From a virus: a stretch of DNA of 64,000 bases. Every line of letters starts with the position of its first letter. Position 1 is the first letter of the stretch. The notes beneath the pieces are model-generated. The model did no database searches, had not been told where the DNA came from, and saw nothing but the letters and a program-made list of their open reading frames with translations. The DNA lies in the IMG/VR virus record IMGVR_UViG_3300018476_000014, positions 3,552-67,551 of that record; one strand, written 5' to 3'. Below are positions 62,385-64,000 of this stretch, piece after piece. The position numbers were made by a program, and so were the translations under genes.

Positions 62385-64000
62385 TTATTTGGTAGCACCA
62401 TAGCTCTCCCCGATCTTGCCCTCCGCTGCAAGCGGCGCGTCCGGCATCCACACCGGAGACTTCGCCATCAGGGTGATGACAAGGTCGCGGACCAGCTCGG
62501 CCTGGTGCTCATGAACCACGTAGATCAGCTCGTCGTGCACCTGATGCGCTGGCACCAGCATGCCTTCGGTGATCGTCTTCACCTGCCGGGCCACGTCCAT
62601 TATGTGAACAAAAGCCAGAGCCTGGATGACGTTCTCAACAAGCTTCGCTCCGTATAGATAGTGCGGTCGGTTGCCCCTGTAATAGACCAGCTTGGTGCGC
62701 GGGTTGCCACTGCCGTCGACCACCTCCTCGCGGTGCAGGTCGCGGTAGCGCAGGAGGTTTCCAGACGGCAGGGTGATTGAGTTGTGGTTGATCAGGAGCG
62801 GCCCCCAGCTCATGCGTGGGTCGTCCATGATCTCGTTCATAATCATCGGCAGCACGGTCCACTCAGCGTACTTCCAGTTGTTGACGATGAAGGGGTAACG
62901 GTTGCGGTACAGCTGGACGATGCTCACTGCCTCCGAGTCGGAAAGGATGACGTTCCCTTGGTGTCTGCACATGCCCTGAAAGACTGGCGCGCTCGAACCG
63001 TAGCCCAGGCTGAGCACTGCGGTCTTGCCGACGAAACGCTCTCGCGGGTGTTGAACCTTGTTGATCGGATGATGGTAGATCTCCTTGGCGAACTCGGCGT
63101 AGACGTCCTTGCCCAGACGGAAGGACTCTTTGAGGTCCAGCTGTCCGGAGAGCGTGGCGTTGAAGCGCGCCTCGATCTGCGAGGCGTCGACGCTGACGAC
63201 GAGCTTTCCCTTCGGCGCCTTCAAGGCGTGCCGCAACTGACTGGTGCGCCCTAGGTTCTGCATGTTCAGTGCCCAGTCACCAGAGAAGCGATGGGTGTGC
63301 GCGCCGCTATACTTGAGCGGCACAGGAAAGCCTGGGGCCACGCGAGCGACGTTGATCATGCGCTCGCAGCGGGTCTCTTCCAACGTGGACTTGTGCCCGA
63401 GCCGTGCTGCAACGACAGCCTGCACCCACGGGTCCTCGTGTTCGAGCAGGTCGGTGAAGGCTTTGTCTTTCTTGGAGAAGGCCGTCGTCTCATTGCCGGT
63501 GCTTGGGCTCGTCTTCGAGGGGTACCATCCCAGCCTCATGAGAAGCATGCCGCGCAGCACGAGGTCGCTCATCACCGAGCGGCGATCCTCGAGGCCGGCC
63601 TCATCGAGCAGCGCCTGCTTCTCCTGCTGCACGGTGTGTAGATAGGCGGCAAGCACAGACTGATCGGCTTCGAACTGCGGCTGCGTCGCCATGCGAATCA
63701 CCATGTCGATCAGCTCCAGCTGGTTGCCGGGGAAGCCGTCGGTGCGCATGCGCCAGTAGATCAGCTTGCACTTCTGGGCATCGTCCATTGCATAGTTCGC
63801 CACTTCTCTGTGAAGGGCGGGAACTCCTTGCAGCTGGCGAAAGTTAACGCCCTTCGTCTTCTGAACGGTGTCCCACTTCTCTGGGAGCCCATAGAACTTG
63901 GCGACCGAAGCGAGCGAGCACGAGCCCAGCGAATGGCTGAGCCAGTTGCGCGCCATAGAGAGCGTGTCCCCGTAGAAACCTGGGATGATTCCGTAACGCC
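62385..64000 (-). CDS. polA: family A DNA polymerase, 5'-truncated by the window edge
   Basis: Frame open to the edge (..RYGIIPGFYGDTLSMAR); THRFSG, NMQNL, motif A VDASQIEAR, motif B KTAVLSLGYG, ENVIQALA, motif C VHDEL. Confidence 0.93.
   Translation of the reverse strand, partial: RYGIIPGFYGDTLSMARNWLSHSLGSCSLASVAKFYGLPEKWDTVQKTKGVNFRQLQGVPALHREVANYAMDDAQKCKLIYWRMRTDGFPGNQLELIDMVIRMATQPQFEADQSVLAAYLHTVQQEKQALLDEAGLEDRRSVMSDLVLRGMLLMRLGWYPSKTSPSTGNETTAFSKKDKAFTDLLEHEDPWVQAVVAARLGHKSTLEETRCERMINVARVAPGFPVPLKYSGAHTHRFSGDWALNMQNLGRTSQLRHALKAPKGKLVVSVDASQIEARFNATLSGQLDLKESFRLGKDVYAEFAKEIYHHPINKVQHPRERFVGKTAVLSLGYGSSAPVFQGMCRHQGNVILSDSEAVSIVQLYRNRYPFIVNNWKYAEWTVLPMIMNEIMDDPRMSWGPLLINHNSITLPSGNLLRYRDLHREEVVDGSGNPRTKLVYYRGNRPHYLYGAKLVENVIQALAFVHIMDVARQVKTITEGMLVPAHQVHDELIYVVHEHQAELVRDLVITLMAKSPVWMPDAPLAAEGKIGESYGATK

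Overview
The window is most of a GC-rich tailed-phage genome with podovirus-type architecture. An alphaproteobacterial host is inferred, not proven. It has three blocks. (1) 1-16.0 kb: a leftward early arm of small unknown genes, a beta-helix protein and a MoxR-like AAA+ ATPase / zincin-vWA / helical-protein module. (2) 16.3-54.9 kb: a rightward arm with a ribbon-helix-helix regulator, terminase, portal, scaffold, capsid, modular tail fibres, ejection proteins (one with a lambda-type lysozyme domain, one a 2437-aa zincin/PLxRFG protein), a GH19 endolysin and an HNH protein. (3) 54.9-64 kb: a leftward replication block with a DUF927-type primase-helicase, SNF2-like helicase, VRR-NUC, PD-(D/E)XK nuclease and a family A DNA polymerase cut by the window edge. 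I saw no integrase, RNA polymerase, reverse transcriptase, tRNA or CRISPR array. The strongest unexplained signal is regulatory: two different 17-bp palindromes recur across the genome. Motif A (GTTRRAC-N3-GTYYAAC, about 15 copies, CtrA-box-like) also occurs inside coding sequence. Motif B (GTAACACA-W-TGTGTTAC, 6 copies) lies mostly in sigma70-like promoters, including that of the RHH gene. Two promoters 49 kb apart carry both motifs in nearly the same geometry. Other oddities are an antisense small-terminase candidate between terL and portal, short peptide tags shared among virion proteins, and a probable branched multi-fibre adsorption apparatus. All family assignments come from motif recognition by eye, not database searches.
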